DNA from: Gemmatimonadota bacterium
Lineage (GTDB): Bacteria; Gemmatimonadota; Gemmatimonadetes; Gemmatimonadales; GWC2-71-9
Direction: 5' to 3'
Length of the DNA stretch: 64,000 nt
Assembly: GCA_037440225.1 (NCBI GenBank)
Contig: JBBIUN010000011.1
Coordinates: 20,979-84,978 of the forward strand
Shown here: positions 28,950-39,059 of the stretch, one piece after another
How positions within the stretch are numbered: position 1 is the stretch's first letter
Layout: every line of letters starts with the position of its first letter
Notes under the pieces: model-generated
The model's input: the letters and a program-made list of their open reading frames with translations, nothing else
What the model was told of the DNA's origin: nothing
Databases searched by the model: none
Made by a program: the position numbers and the translations under genes

Positions 28950-30158
28950 TTAGCCGAGGGGCGCGAACCCGGGCAAGCGGGCCAGGGCGTCCCCCACGGT
29001 GTGAAACGAGCCCGTCACCAATGCCGTCCCGGCCCCCTGCCGGACCTGCTCCAGCGCGCGGCCAAAATCCGGCTCCAGGATCACGCCCGGCGGCACGTAG
29101 CGGGCCACCTCCTCGAGCACCCAGCGCCGCTCCGGGGGGGCCGAGGGCGGAACCGAGAGCCAGAGCCGGTCGCTCGCCTCCGCGAGCTGGGCCACCATCT
29201 CCCGCCAGGCCTTGTCGGCCAGCACCGCCAACAGCGTATGAAGCGGCCGGGGCACTCGAGCCTCCGCCATGGCGGCCAAAAGCACCTCCACTCCTGCAGG
29301 GTTGTGCGCTACGTCAAAAAGCCACACACCCCGCCGGTCGAACCGCCCCGGCACGTGCGCCGCCTCGAAGCCCCGCCGGAGGGCTTCTTCGTCCGGCCGG
29401 AACGGACCTGGCAGCGATCCGAGCAGCGCGTGCGCCACTGCCGCGTTGCGCCGCTGATAGGCTCCTGCCAGCCCCAGCGGGCCCCGATACTCGGCCCCCG
29501 GTGGCACCGTCACGATGGGCCGGGCCCCCCTGGCCTCCGCCTCGGCACGCAGCACCGCGGCGATTTCGGGGTCAGACTCGCCGATCACGAAGGGTACGCC
29601 GGGCTTGGCGATGCCCGCTTTCTCCCTGGCGATTCCCGCCAAGCTGGACCCCAAATACTGGGTGTGCTCCAGGGCGATGGTGGTGACCGCGCTCGCCAGG
29701 GGCATGATCACGTTGGTGCTATCGAGTCGCCCGCCCAATCCCACCTCGATGACTGCCACCTCCACACCGCGCGCCGCGAAATCCGCGAAGGCGATCGCCG
29801 TGGTGGCCTCGAAAAAGCTGGCCTCGACGCGCTCGATCAGAGGCCTCAGGCGCGCGGTCCACTCGGCAAAGGCCCGCCGGCTGATGGGGCGCTCATCCAC
29901 CACGATGCGCTCCCGCACGTCCACCAGGTGGGGCGAGGTGTAGAGCCCCACCGAGAAGCCGGCCTCCCGCAGCGCCCGGTACGCCAGCGTCGAAACCGAG
30001 CCCTTGCCGTTGGTTCCCCCGACGTGGACCGTGGCATACTCGCGTTCGGGGTGGCCCAGCGCCTCGAGCAACGCGCCGATCGGCTCCAGCGACCAGGGCT
30101 GGTGGATGGCCGTGCGCGCAAAGAGGAACCGGACGGCTTCCTCGAACCCGTAGTTCAG
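28950..30158 (-). CDS. folC: bifunctional folylpolyglutamate synthase / dihydrofolate synthase
   Basis: Mur-ligase P-loop VHVGGTNGKGS. The track ORF starts at TTG 30071, but FolC-like sequence (LNYGFEEAVRFLFARTAIHQPWSLEPIGA) continues upstream in frame with no ATG/GTG/TTG. CTG at 30158 (CTGA overlap with the accD stop, GGAGGG 6 nt upstream) is the best start. Confidence 0.82.
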   Translation of the reverse strand: MNYGFEEAVRFLFARTAIHQPWSLEPIGALLEALGHPEREYATVHVGGTNGKGSVSTLAYRALREAGFSVGLYTSPHLVDVRERIVVDERPISRRAFAEWTARLRPLIERVEASFFEATTAIAFADFAARGVEVAVIEVGLGGRLDSTNVIMPLASAVTTIALEHTQYLGSSLAGIAREKAGIAKPGVPFVIGESDPEIAAVLRAEAEARGARPIVTVPPGAEYRGPLGLAGAYQRRNAAVAHALLGSLPGPFRPDEEALRRGFEAAHVPGRFDRRGVWLFDVAHNPAGVEVLLAAMAEARVPRPLHTLLAVLADKAWREMVAQLAEASDRLWLSVPPSAPPERRWVLEEVARYVPPGVILEPDFGRALEQVRQGAGTALVTGSFHTVGDALARLPGFAPLG

Positions 30159-31012
30159 TCGGCGCCCTCCAGCGCGGGCCGTCCCAGCATCAGCCGCAGC
30201 AGGGACGCAACCATGCCCGCGAGGTGGGCCCGCGGCACCACCGCGTCCAGCATCCCGTGCTCCAGCAGAAACTCGGCCGTCTGGAACCCCTCCGGAAGTT
30301 CCTGGCCGATGGTCTGCTTGATCACCCGGGGGCCGGCAAACCCGATCACGGCACCCGGCTCCGCCAAGATCACGTCGCCCTGCATGGCGTAGGACGCCGA
30401 GACCCCGCCCGTGGTGGGGTTGGTGAGCACGGAAATGTACGGCAGCCCCGCCTCCCGCAGCCGGGCCAGGGCCACCGAGGTCTTGGCCATTTGCATCAAG
30501 CTGAGCACGCCTTCCTGCATCCGCGCCCCGCCCGAGGCCGAGACGATGACCAGGGGAAGCCGCTTATCGAGCGAACGGTAGGCCAAGCGGGCGATCTTCT
30601 CCCCCACCACCGAAGCCATGGAGCCGCCCAGGAACGCGAACTCCATCACCCCCAAGTGGAGCGGCACGCCGGTGAGGGTAGCCTGCCCCGTCACCACGGC
30701 TTCCTGCGGTCCCACCTCGCGATAGGCCCGTGCCAGCCGCTCGGCATAGCCTTCGAATCCCAGCGGGTCCACCGAGCGCAACTCGGTGTCCAACTCCACG
30801 AAACTGCCGGGGTCGGTGAGCATCTCCACGTACCGGCGAGCCGAGATCCGGCGGTGCACCCCGCAGCGAGGGCACACCTGGAGCAAGCGATCGAACTTCT
30901 CGCGCAGATCCACGTGCCCGCAGTCCTCGCACCGATCCCACGCGTCCGGCGGAATCTCCAGCCGCTCCCGCGCCGAGGTGCGCGGTTTCCGTTCTTTCCG
31001 AAACCAGGCCAT
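30155..31012 (-). CDS. accD: acetyl-CoA carboxylase carboxyltransferase subunit beta
   Basis: Only the last 285 aa of track ORF 30155-32104 are AccD. The ATG at 31012 gives MAWFRKERK, followed by the Zn ribbon CEDCGH...CPRCG and the carboxyltransferase domain. The upstream 364 codons overlap rodA out of frame. Confidence 0.92.
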   Translation of the reverse strand: MAWFRKERKPRTSARERLEIPPDAWDRCEDCGHVDLREKFDRLLQVCPRCGVHRRISARRYVEMLTDPGSFVELDTELRSVDPLGFEGYAERLARAYREVGPQEAVVTGQATLTGVPLHLGVMEFAFLGGSMASVVGEKIARLAYRSLDKRLPLVIVSASGGARMQEGVLSLMQMAKTSVALARLREAGLPYISVLTNPTTGGVSASYAMQGDVILAEPGAVIGFAGPRVIKQTIGQELPEGFQTAEFLLEHGMLDAVVPRAHLAGMVASLLRLMLGRPALEGAD

Positions 31013-31065
31013 GGTGCTTGCGGAATCTCGCAGGCCCCGGCCACCGGCGCCAGAGCCCGCCCTTG

Positions 31066-32307
31066 CTAGTCGGGCGAGTACGAGGAGCGCGCCTCCCAGG
31101 CCACCCGCAGGCTCATCCCGATCGCCGCACAGGTCACCAGGAGAAACGACCCCCCATACGAGAAGAGCGGCAGGGGAATGCCCGTAATGGGCATCAATCC
31201 GATCGTCATTCCCACGTTCTCGAGCACGTGCGTGAACAGCAGGCCCACCACGCCGAACACCACGACCGAGGAGAAGGGGTCCGTCGCGTCCCGGGCGATC
31301 CGCACCAGGTTCCCCAAGAGCCCGACAAAGAGCCCCAGGACCGCCGCCACTCCCACAAACCCCATTTCTTCGGCCAGCACGGAAAAGATGAAGTCGGTAT
31401 GCTGAGAAGGAACGAACGCCAAGCGCTTCTGTGTGCCCTCGAGGAAGCCCTTGCCCAAAAGCCCCCCGGAACCGATCGCCACTTTCGACTGGATGATGTT
31501 CCAGCCCGTGGCGCGGGGATCCACCTCGGGATTGAGAAAGGATAACAGCCGGTTCTGCTGATACGGTGCCAATCGGCGCCACAGCTCCAGCGCTATGGTT
31601 CCCATCACCACGTTCCCCAGCCAAATCGCGAGCCCTTCGCCCAGGTATGGCCGGGCCCACAGCAACAGCAGCGTAACCGCCACGATCCACAAGCCCCACG
31701 ACCACGTGGAGAACGCCATCAGCAGGCTGATCAGCGGAGAGGCCAACAGGACCAACCGCCACGGCTCCACCCCCACCCAGAATAACACCGCGAACAGCAC
31801 CCCCAAGAACACAATGGCGCTCCCCAGATCCGGCTGGAGCCCGACCAGCACGAACGGGATGCCCACGATGGCGCAGGCGGGAAGCAGCTCTCTCAGGCTT
31901 TGCGGCGGCCGGCGGCGGGAGCCCAGTTGCCGTGCCAGCATCAGAATGGTGGCGAGCTTGGCCAGCTCCGCAGGCTGCCCGATCCGCACGCCCCCCACCG
32001 CCAGCCAACTGCGCGTGCCCGCGGCCGTGCCTGCTCCCGTTCCTACCACCAGGGTGAGAACCAAGAGCGCCACCGCACCCCAGTACACTGCCGGCGTCAC
32101 CCACTCCAGCAGGCGCGGGGAAATCCGAAACGCCAGCGCGGCCACCGCTGCCCCGAGCACCAGCCAGCCGGCCTGCTTCCTCCAGATATCGGCGATCCCG
32201 GTGGGCACATCGGTCTGCCCCGCCGAATAGAGCGTGGCGAGCCCGATGGCGGCCAGCGCCGCCGCCACGGTCAAGAGGCGACTATCGAGCCTGCGGGATG
32301 CTGTCAC
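31066..32307 (-). CDS. rodA: rod shape-determining protein RodA (SEDS glycosyltransferase)
   Basis: FtsW/RodA/SpoVE family (multi-TM, QPAELAK, HTDFIF, PLPLFSYGGS). The start is set to GTG 32307; the track start 32412 would overlap mrdA by 130 nt. Confidence 0.87.
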   Translation of the reverse strand: MTASRRLDSRLLTVAAALAAIGLATLYSAGQTDVPTGIADIWRKQAGWLVLGAAVAALAFRISPRLLEWVTPAVYWGAVALLVLTLVVGTGAGTAAGTRSWLAVGGVRIGQPAELAKLATILMLARQLGSRRRPPQSLRELLPACAIVGIPFVLVGLQPDLGSAIVFLGVLFAVLFWVGVEPWRLVLLASPLISLLMAFSTWSWGLWIVAVTLLLLWARPYLGEGLAIWLGNVVMGTIALELWRRLAPYQQNRLLSFLNPEVDPRATGWNIIQSKVAIGSGGLLGKGFLEGTQKRLAFVPSQHTDFIFSVLAEEMGFVGVAAVLGLFVGLLGNLVRIARDATDPFSSVVVFGVVGLLFTHVLENVGMTIGLMPITGIPLPLFSYGGSFLLVTCAAIGMSLRVAWEARSSYSPD

Positions 32308-34147
32308 GCACGATCCGCCCGGTGCTGTCCGGCAAAATGGGAACCGGCTCCGGTGCCGAATCCGCCGGTAGTACCAACTGGTAGTCCGCCGAGAGGGCGG
32401 GCGCCGCGGCACCCTGCAGATACCGCGCGATGATGCGGTTCACCATCGGGGCCACCGCCGAACCGTGGCCCGCAAACTCCACGATGGCCCCCGCCACCAC
32501 CCGGGGGGCGTCCGCCGGCGCGAACGCAATGAACCAACCGTGGTCCGCGCCATGGGGGTTCTGGGCCGTGCCCGTCTTGCCCCCGATCTTGAGATCGGCC
32601 ACCCGCGCTGCCGCGGCCGTCCCCCGCTGCACCACTTCCACCAGCGCCTCCCTGAGGCCAGCAAGCTGCTCGGCCGGCAGGTTCAGCGACCGGGTTCGCC
32701 CCGGCCGGCCCATGACCAGATGCGGCTCCGGCGCCCGCCCGTCCGGGTTGGCCAGCATGGCGTAGAACGCCATCATCTTGGCCAGCGTCTGGGCGTTTTC
32801 CCCCTGCCCGATCGCCAGGTTCAGGGCCACGGCGCTGGTCCAGCCTCGCGGGCCGTAGCGCCGGTCGTAGTACTCGGTGGAAGCCGGGAACAGGGGCTTG
32901 ATCTCGCCGGGCAGGTCAATGCCCGACGGCTCTCGGAACCCCAGCCGCCCCGCGTCGCCAAATAGGTTCCCAAGGCCCAGCTTGAGACCCAACTGGTAGA
33001 AGTACACGTCGCACGAGTACTGGATCGCTTGCGCCAAGGTCAGATCCCCGTGCCCTGTGGTTTTCCAGCACCGGAAGTACCGGTTGTAGTACTGGAGCCC
33101 GCCCCGGCACGGGATCGGCATGCGGCTGTCCAGGTCCACCAGACCCCGGCTGAGCGCCAGGGCCGCCACCACCAGCTTCCAGGGCGAAGCCGGGGGATAC
33201 CGCGCTTCGGTCGCTCGGTTCAGCAAGGGAAAATCTTCCGCGGTCGAGAGCGCGGTCCACAGCCGCGGGTCCACCCCGCCGATGAACCAGTTGGGATCGT
33301 AAGAGGGAGACGAGTAGAGGGCCAGCACCTCGCCCGTAGCCGGATCCATCACCATCACCGCCCCTCGCATCCCCGGCGGGAACGTCTCCGCCACGAACCG
33401 CTGAAGCTCGATGTCCAGTGTGGTGCGGATCGGCTGGCCCGGCTCCGGATCCAGGTTCTGGGCCACTCCGCCCTCCCGCACGCTGCGGCCTAAGGCATCT
33501 ACCTCGACGAAACGCTCCCCGTCCCGCCCCCGGAGGATATCGTCATACTGCCGCTCCAGCCCGTCCCGCCCCACCAACAACCCAGGGCGCGCTCCCCGAA
33601 TGGCGCCGGTCGCCAGTTCCGCCTCGGTGATTTCCGCCACGTAGCCCACCACGTGAGCCGCGATCGGTCCAAAGGGATACCGCCGCTTGGGCTCGGCTTG
33701 GATGACCAAACCGGGAATCAGGACCCGCCGCTCTTCCAAGGCGGAGACCAAATCGAACGGCGCGTCGTGCCGCAGGCGCACGGGCTGGTAGGGGGTGAGC
33801 CGATAGGCCCGTTCCGCCGCCGCCAGATCGGCCGGTCCCAGCCGCAACAGCGGAGCAATGTGTTTCAAGGTCGAACGCAGAGAATCCAGGGACGGGGCAA
33901 ACAGGCCGATCGAGTAGCCCGGCTCGCTTTCCGCGAGCACCGCGCCGTTGCGATCGGTGATCACTCCCCGGGGGGCAGGAATCGGGATCGAACGCAGGCG
34001 ATTCCGCTCCGAGCGCACCCGATAGCGGCTGGACGCGAGCACCTGCACCCGGAAGAACGCCACCAGCAGAACCACCCCCACCAGCCATATCACCCACCGC
34101 GCCACGCCCGCCCGGCGGCCGAGGGCATAGGGATGAAACCAGGTCAT
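32282..34147 (-). CDS. mrdA: penicillin-binding protein 2 (elongasome transpeptidase)
   Basis: The track ORF is trimmed to the ATG at 34147 (ATGA overlap with mreD). TM anchor, RGVITDRNG, SPWK (SxxK-type), KTGTA. Confidence 0.92.
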   Translation of the reverse strand: MTWFHPYALGRRAGVARWVIWLVGVVLLVAFFRVQVLASSRYRVRSERNRLRSIPIPAPRGVITDRNGAVLAESEPGYSIGLFAPSLDSLRSTLKHIAPLLRLGPADLAAAERAYRLTPYQPVRLRHDAPFDLVSALEERRVLIPGLVIQAEPKRRYPFGPIAAHVVGYVAEITEAELATGAIRGARPGLLVGRDGLERQYDDILRGRDGERFVEVDALGRSVREGGVAQNLDPEPGQPIRTTLDIELQRFVAETFPPGMRGAVMVMDPATGEVLALYSSPSYDPNWFIGGVDPRLWTALSTAEDFPLLNRATEARYPPASPWKLVVAALALSRGLVDLDSRMPIPCRGGLQYYNRYFRCWKTTGHGDLTLAQAIQYSCDVYFYQLGLKLGLGNLFGDAGRLGFREPSGIDLPGEIKPLFPASTEYYDRRYGPRGWTSAVALNLAIGQGENAQTLAKMMAFYAMLANPDGRAPEPHLVMGRPGRTRSLNLPAEQLAGLREALVEVVQRGTAAAARVADLKIGGKTGTAQNPHGADHGWFIAFAPADAPRVVAGAIVEFAGHGSAVAPMVNRIIARYLQGAAAPALSADYQLVLPADSAPEPVPILPDSTGRIVRDSIPQAR

Positions 34148-34641
34148 CCCGCAATCCTCAAGGACAGCCAGCGCCGGCAAATCCACAGCACCGCCATCCC
34201 GGTCGCAGCGGTGCTGGCGGCCTTCAAGGGGGACCAGAACAACAACTGCCAGGCCGTCTCGCTCCCTCCGACGTGCCCTGCCCCGACCAGCACCAGCAAG
34301 TCCCGGAGCCAAGTCCCTGCCAGGAACACCCCCCCGCTGACGACGGGGTTCTCCGCGAAGAAGACCGCCTTCCCCCACGCCGTCAGGTAGCCCACCACGG
34401 TGTGGGCCAGCGCTCCCGCCCCGAAGGCTACCGGCGTCAGCGCATCGCTCAGCAAACCCACGATGAACCCCGCCACGGCAGCCGCCCCCGGGCGGGCGCC
34501 GATGGCGTAAACCAGCAACGCGAGCAGCAGCAGGTCGGGCGCCGGCCGCGGGTCCCCCAACCAGGGGCGCACCGTAAAATGCAATACCACAAGCCCCGCC
34601 AGCACGGCGGGCAAGCGGTACGACCTGCCCCCCGCGCTCAC
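34144..34641 (-). CDS. mreD: rod shape-determining protein MreD
   Basis: This is the C-terminal 165 codons of track ORF 34144-35004, starting at GTG 34641 (GTGA overlap with mreC). It is a small polytopic membrane protein in the canonical mreBCD position. Assignment rests mainly on context. Confidence 0.72.
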   Translation of the reverse strand: MSAGGRSYRLPAVLAGLVVLHFTVRPWLGDPRPAPDLLLLALLVYAIGARPGAAAVAGFIVGLLSDALTPVAFGAGALAHTVVGYLTAWGKAVFFAENPVVSGGVFLAGTWLRDLLVLVGAGHVGGSETAWQLLFWSPLKAASTAATGMAVLWICRRWLSLRIAG

Positions 34642-35492
34642 GGTTCCGGCGGGGCCGCCAGCGCGGCCGAAAGGTCGCTCCCGGTCTCCAACAGCACGAT
34701 CACCTGCGAGATCGAGGCGGGGTGGACTGCCGGCAGGACGAGGTAGGTGCGGGCCCACCCGGCCTCTTCTTCCGCCACCTGGAGAATGGTGCCGATCAGA
34801 ATGCCCCGGGGAAACACACCCCCCTCGCCGCTCGCCAAGCCTGAGGTGAACACTTTGGTCCCGGGAGCCAGCGATTGCCGGTAGGGCACCCCCCGAAGCT
34901 CGAGCAACATGGTGTTGGGCCCTTCCGCCCCGCGGGGAGCCACGATCCCGAAGACCGCGCCGTCCGCCGTCATGGCGCTGGCGCGAAAGTCCGGATGGGC
35001 CCATCCCACCGCCACGGAGGTCGTCACCCCCACGCTGCGCACCACGCCCACCAGCCCCGAAGGCGCGATCACCGGCGCCAGCGGCCTTACGCCCTGCCGG
35101 CTGCCCGCGGAAAGCAGCAGGGTGTACCCGTCCGTGGCAACGGCTTGGTGCAGCACGCTGGCCGGCACGTGCCGCACCGGAAGCCGCCGGCTCAATCCCA
35201 GAATCGCCCGCAGTTGAGCATTTTCCTCGCGCAGGGGCTCCACCAGGGCCGCCTGAACGCTCGCCGAGTCGCGCTCGGCCACCATCTGCGCGAACCGCTG
35301 GCGGGTGGTGCGGCTGGCTTCCGCCCAGGCCTCGAGCGTCAGCGCGGGGCGCAGCAGCGTGTCCCGCAGCCGGCGGGACACCTCCTGGTGCCAGGCGTCG
35401 GGCGCCAGGCGGGCCAAGACGGACAGCAGCGAGCAGGCGAGGAAAACGTACAGGTCGCGCCGCGACGCGTATCGTTCCGACGCGAAGGCCAC
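34638..35492 (-). CDS. mreC: rod shape-determining protein MreC
   Basis: 284 aa. N-terminal TM and coiled-coil (ENAQLRAILGL), beta-barrel domains. Lies between mreB and mreD. Confidence 0.88.
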   Translation of the reverse strand: MAFASERYASRRDLYVFLACSLLSVLARLAPDAWHQEVSRRLRDTLLRPALTLEAWAEASRTTRQRFAQMVAERDSASVQAALVEPLREENAQLRAILGLSRRLPVRHVPASVLHQAVATDGYTLLLSAGSRQGVRPLAPVIAPSGLVGVVRSVGVTTSVAVGWAHPDFRASAMTADGAVFGIVAPRGAEGPNTMLLELRGVPYRQSLAPGTKVFTSGLASGEGGVFPRGILIGTILQVAEEEAGWARTYLVLPAVHPASISQVIVLLETGSDLSAALAAPPEP

Positions 35493-35500
35493 GGCAGTCG

Positions 35501-36559
35501 CTACGTGGTGAGCACCGAGCGGTACTTCTCCGGATCGTCCAGGATCCGCCCCACCCCCCGAACCACGCAGGTCAGCGGATCCTCGTCCACCCGGATCGGC
35601 AAGGAGGTCTCCTGGGAGAGCAGAACGTCCAGGCCCCGGATCAGCGCTCCCCCGCCGGCCATCACGATGCCCCGGTCCACGATATCGCTGGCCAGCTCCG
35701 GGGGCGTGATCTCCAGGGCCCGCCGCACCGCATCCACGATCTGCTGGATGGGCTCCTGGACGGCCTCCCGAATTTCACTGGAATGCACCCGCACCACCTT
35801 GGGGATGCCGGACACCAGGTCCCGCCCCTTCGCCTCCATCTCTTTCTCTTCGCCCACCGGCGCCGCCGACCCAATCGCGATCTTGATGGCTTCGGCCGTC
35901 GGCTCGCCGATGAGCAGATTGTAATTCTTCCGCATGAACTGCACGATGGCTTGATCCAGCTCGTCCCCCCCGGTGCGGATGGACGTATCGCTCACGATCC
36001 CCGACAGCGCGATCACCGCGATTTCCGTGGTCCCGCCCCCGATGTCAATCACCATGTTGCCCGTGGGCGTCTCCACCGGCAGGCCCACCCCGATGGCCGC
36101 CGCCATGGGCTCGGCCACCATGTACACTTCCTTGGCACCCGCCGAATGGGCGCTGTCTCGCACCGCCCGCTTCTCCACCTCCGTAATCCCGCTGGGCACG
36201 CACACGATGACCTTGGGCTTGACCCGGAAGACGTGCTTCTGGATGATGGACGAAAGGAAATACCGGAGCATCTTCTCGGTCACGTCGAAATCCGCAATCA
36301 CCCCGTCCTTGAGCGGGCGGACGGCCAGGATTCCGTCGGGCGTTCGGCCTAGCATCCGCTTGGCCTCCAGGCCGATGCCCTTGACCACGCCGGAAGCCTT
36401 TTCCACGGCTACCACCGAGGGTTCGTTCAGCACGATCCCCTCGCCTTTGACGTAGATCAGGGTGTTGGACGTGCCAAGATCAACCGCGATCTCGTTGGCA
36501 GGAAGGAAGCTGCCGAGGCTCAGTTTAGGCCAGCGCGTAAACACAGGCGTGAACCCCAC
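35501..36559 (-). CDS. mreB: rod shape-determining protein MreB (actin homologue)
   Basis: 352 aa. AVDLGTSNTLIYVKG, EPSVVA, DIGGGTTE. GTG start. Confidence 0.95.
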   Translation of the reverse strand: MGFTPVFTRWPKLSLGSFLPANEIAVDLGTSNTLIYVKGEGIVLNEPSVVAVEKASGVVKGIGLEAKRMLGRTPDGILAVRPLKDGVIADFDVTEKMLRYFLSSIIQKHVFRVKPKVIVCVPSGITEVEKRAVRDSAHSAGAKEVYMVAEPMAAAIGVGLPVETPTGNMVIDIGGGTTEIAVIALSGIVSDTSIRTGGDELDQAIVQFMRKNYNLLIGEPTAEAIKIAIGSAAPVGEEKEMEAKGRDLVSGIPKVVRVHSSEIREAVQEPIQQIVDAVRRALEITPPELASDIVDRGIVMAGGGALIRGLDVLLSQETSLPIRVDEDPLTCVVRGVGRILDDPEKYRSVLTT

Positions 36560-36597
36560 CGGGGCGAGTGAGCGCGGCGCCGGGACAACCGCGCCCT

Positions 36598-36626
36598 AAC
36601 TTAACCGCCGGGCTGGCCGGCCTCAA
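36598..36626 (-). promoter_or_regulatory. candidate mreB promoter (TTGAGG-N17-TAAGTT)
   Basis: On the minus strand: -35 at 36626-36621, -10 at 36603-36598, about 40 nt upstream of the mreB start. Confidence 0.35.
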
Positions 36627-36643
36627 GCCGATCGGCACCCCCC

Positions 36644-37756
36644 TCAAAGGAACCGGGCCACCTCTGCCAGCTCCATGCCGAACGCCTCAGCCACCGCCGG
36701 GTAGACGACATGGCCGTCAATGACGTTCAGCCCGAGCTTCAGAGCGTCGTCCCGCCGGCAGGCCTCCTGCCAGCCCTCCCGGGCCAGCCGCCGCGCGTAG
36801 GGGAACGTGGCGTTGGTCAATGCCAGCGTCGAGGTCCGAGGCACCGCCCCCGGCATGTTGCTCACGCCGTAGTGGATCACGCCGTCCACGACATAGGTGG
36901 GGTTCTCGTGGGTGGTGGGCTTGATGGTCTCGATGCATCCCCCCTGGTCCACCGAGACGTCCACCACCACCGAGCCGGGCTTCATCAGCTTGAGGTCTTC
37001 CCGGCGCACCAGCTTGGGGGCCTTGGCTCCCGGCAGCAGCACCGCCCCGATCACCAAGTCCGCCCGCTGGAGATGCTCGAGCAAGGTGTGCCGGTTCGAG
37101 TAGAGGAGCCGTACGTTGGCCGGCATGACGTCCGCCAGATACCGCAGCCGCTCCAAGGAGAGATCCAGCAGGGTGACGCTGGCACCCAAGCCCGCCGCCA
37201 TCCGGGCCGCATTGGATCCCACCACGCCCCCGCCGATCACCAACACCTCGGCGGGGGCCACTCCCGGCACTCCGCCCAGCAGGATCCCGCTGCCGCCCTG
37301 CGTCCGCTCCAGGTACTTGGCCCCTTCCTGCACCGCCATCCGGCCCGCCACCTCGCTCATCGGGGTAAGCAAGGGCAGCTCGCCTGAGGGCAACTGGACC
37401 GTCTCGTAGGCGATGGCGATGCACCGCGACGCGACGATCGCCCGGGTCAACTCCTCGCTGGCCGCAAAGTGGAAGTAGGTGAAGACCACCTGCCCCGGCC
37501 GCACTCGCTTCCATTCGACCGCGATCGGCTCCTTGACCTTGAGGATCAGTTGGGCTCGGGCCCACACCTCCTCCGGCCCCTGGACCACCTGCACCCCGGC
37601 CTCCCGATACGCGGCGTCGGCGAACCCGCTGCCGATGCCCGCTCCCGCCTCGAGCAGCACGGTGTGCCCATCCGCCACCAGGGCCTCAGCCCCGGCCGGC
37701 ACCAGAGCCACGCGGTTCTCGTTGGGTTTGATCTCCTTCGGCACGCCGATGATCAT
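36644..37756 (-). CDS. ald: alanine dehydrogenase
   Basis: The track ORF is trimmed to the ATG at 37756. [20 protein letters not shown] and the NAD Rossmann motif [12 protein letters not shown]. Confidence 0.93.
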   Translation of the reverse strand: MIIGVPKEIKPNENRVALVPAGAEALVADGHTVLLEAGAGIGSGFADAAYREAGVQVVQGPEEVWARAQLILKVKEPIAVEWKRVRPGQVVFTYFHFAASEELTRAIVASRCIAIAYETVQLPSGELPLLTPMSEVAGRMAVQEGAKYLERTQGGSGILLGGVPGVAPAEVLVIGGGVVGSNAARMAAGLGASVTLLDLSLERLRYLADVMPANVRLLYSNRHTLLEHLQRADLVIGAVLLPGAKAPKLVRREDLKLMKPGSVVVDVSVDQGGCIETIKPTTHENPTYVVDGVIHYGVSNMPGAVPRTSTLALTNATFPYARRLAREGWQEACRRDDALKLGLNVIDGHVVYPAVAEAFGMELAEVARFL

Positions 37757-37790
37757 GGGCGACTCGCTTGCTCTCGTCCCGAGATGAGGT

Positions 37791-39059
37791 CTACGCGTCC
37801 GGCCCCAGCCAGACGGTCGTCTGGCGGTCGGGCGCGAAATACTCCGCGGCCACGGCCCGCACCTCGTCCACCGACACCTGGTCAATCTCCGCCAGCACCT
37901 GGTCCAACGTCCGGTACGGCTCCTGGTGGAGCGCCAGCGTGGCCAGGCGGTGCATGCGCGCGACCGGGCTCTCCAGCGACAGCATGATCTGCCCCTTCAA
38001 CTGCTGCGCGGCTTCCCGCAGCCGCTCCGGGCTCAACCCGGAAGCGGCCACCTGCTGGAACTCTCCGAGCAGCACTTCCAGGGCCTGCGGCGCCGTGCGC
38101 GGGTGCGTGCCCACGTACACCCCCGTCACGCCCGCGTATTGGTACAGGGACTGGAAACTGTAGACGGCATATGCCAGCCCCAGCTCCTCGCGGACCCGCT
38201 GGAACAGGCGGCTCGACATCCCTCCGCCGAACACGGTGTTGATCAGCATCAAGGCGTAGCGCCGCCGATCGCGATAGGGAAAGGTGTCGGTCCCCAGCAC
38301 CAGGTGCACCTGGGCCGAATCGCGGGCCACCCGCCGCTCGACCCGAGCCCCGGGCGGCACCGGCGGCACCGGCGGCAGCTCCGGACCCGGGTCGAGCGTG
38401 AACCACCCGCACCGGGTCAGGAGCTTGAGCAGCACCTCGTGGTTCAGGCTCCCAGCCGCCGCAATCACCACCTGCCGCGGATGGTAGGCCCGCTGGTGCA
38501 ATTGCCTGAGGTCGCGAGCCGCAAGCTGGCTCACGGTCTCGCGGGTGCCCAGGACGGAATAGCCGTAGGGATGCTCCGGCCAGAGTGCCGCGGCGTGCAG
38601 CTCGAAGACTAAGTCTTCCGGGGTATCCTCGACCGTGCTGATTTCCTCGAGCACCACCTTGCGCTCCATCGCCAGGTCGCTCTCGCGCAGCACCGGATGG
38701 CGCACCAAGTCGGTCAGCACGTCCAAGGCGCGCGGCAGGTCTTCGTCCAACACCCGCGCTTGGTAGGAAGTGTGATCCCGGGAGGTGAAGCCATCCAGCG
38801 CGCCGCCCCGCGCTTCCAGCTCCAGGGCAATCTCCCGCGCGCTACGACGCTCCGTGCCCTTGAATACCATGTGCTCCAGCAGGTGGGAGACCCCCATCTG
38901 GGAGCGGGGCTCGTGCACCGAGGCAGTACGGACCCACATCCCGACCGCTACCGAGCGCACGCCCGGGAGGGCTTCGGACAGCACGATCACGCCGTTGTCG
39001 GCGGTGGTCTGATAGAGACCCTCGTCGAGCTTGACGGTCCGCATGCGCGGCGGGATCAA
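37791..39059 (-). CDS. M16-family zinc peptidase (insulinase/pitrilysin-like)
   Basis: 422 aa with the inverted zinc motif HLLEHMVFKGT. The TTG start sits in a TTGA overlap with the pnp stop. An alternative ATG lies 15 nt downstream. Confidence 0.87.
   Translation of the reverse strand: MIPPRMRTVKLDEGLYQTTADNGVIVLSEALPGVRSVAVGMWVRTASVHEPRSQMGVSHLLEHMVFKGTERRSAREIALELEARGGALDGFTSRDHTSYQARVLDEDLPRALDVLTDLVRHPVLRESDLAMERKVVLEEISTVEDTPEDLVFELHAAALWPEHPYGYSVLGTRETVSQLAARDLRQLHQRAYHPRQVVIAAAGSLNHEVLLKLLTRCGWFTLDPGPELPPVPPVPPGARVERRVARDSAQVHLVLGTDTFPYRDRRRYALMLINTVFGGGMSSRLFQRVREELGLAYAVYSFQSLYQYAGVTGVYVGTHPRTAPQALEVLLGEFQQVAASGLSPERLREAAQQLKGQIMLSLESPVARMHRLATLALHQEPYRTLDQVLAEIDQVSVDEVRAVAAEYFAPDRQTTVWLGPDA

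Noticed and set aside
28245-29686. Pro/Ala/Arg-rich plus-strand ORFs (28245-28574, 28940-29686) that superficially resemble proline-rich proteins
   Set aside because: They are antisense to hisS and folC. Their composition is what the reverse complement of GC3-rich coding DNA yields. They lack a start context and any motif.
31013-32104. N-terminal 364 codons of the 649-aa ORF 30155-32104
   Set aside because: Only the C-terminal 285 aa (from MAWFRKERK) are AccD. The upstream part overlaps the bona fide rodA gene in another frame and has no AccD-like sequence.
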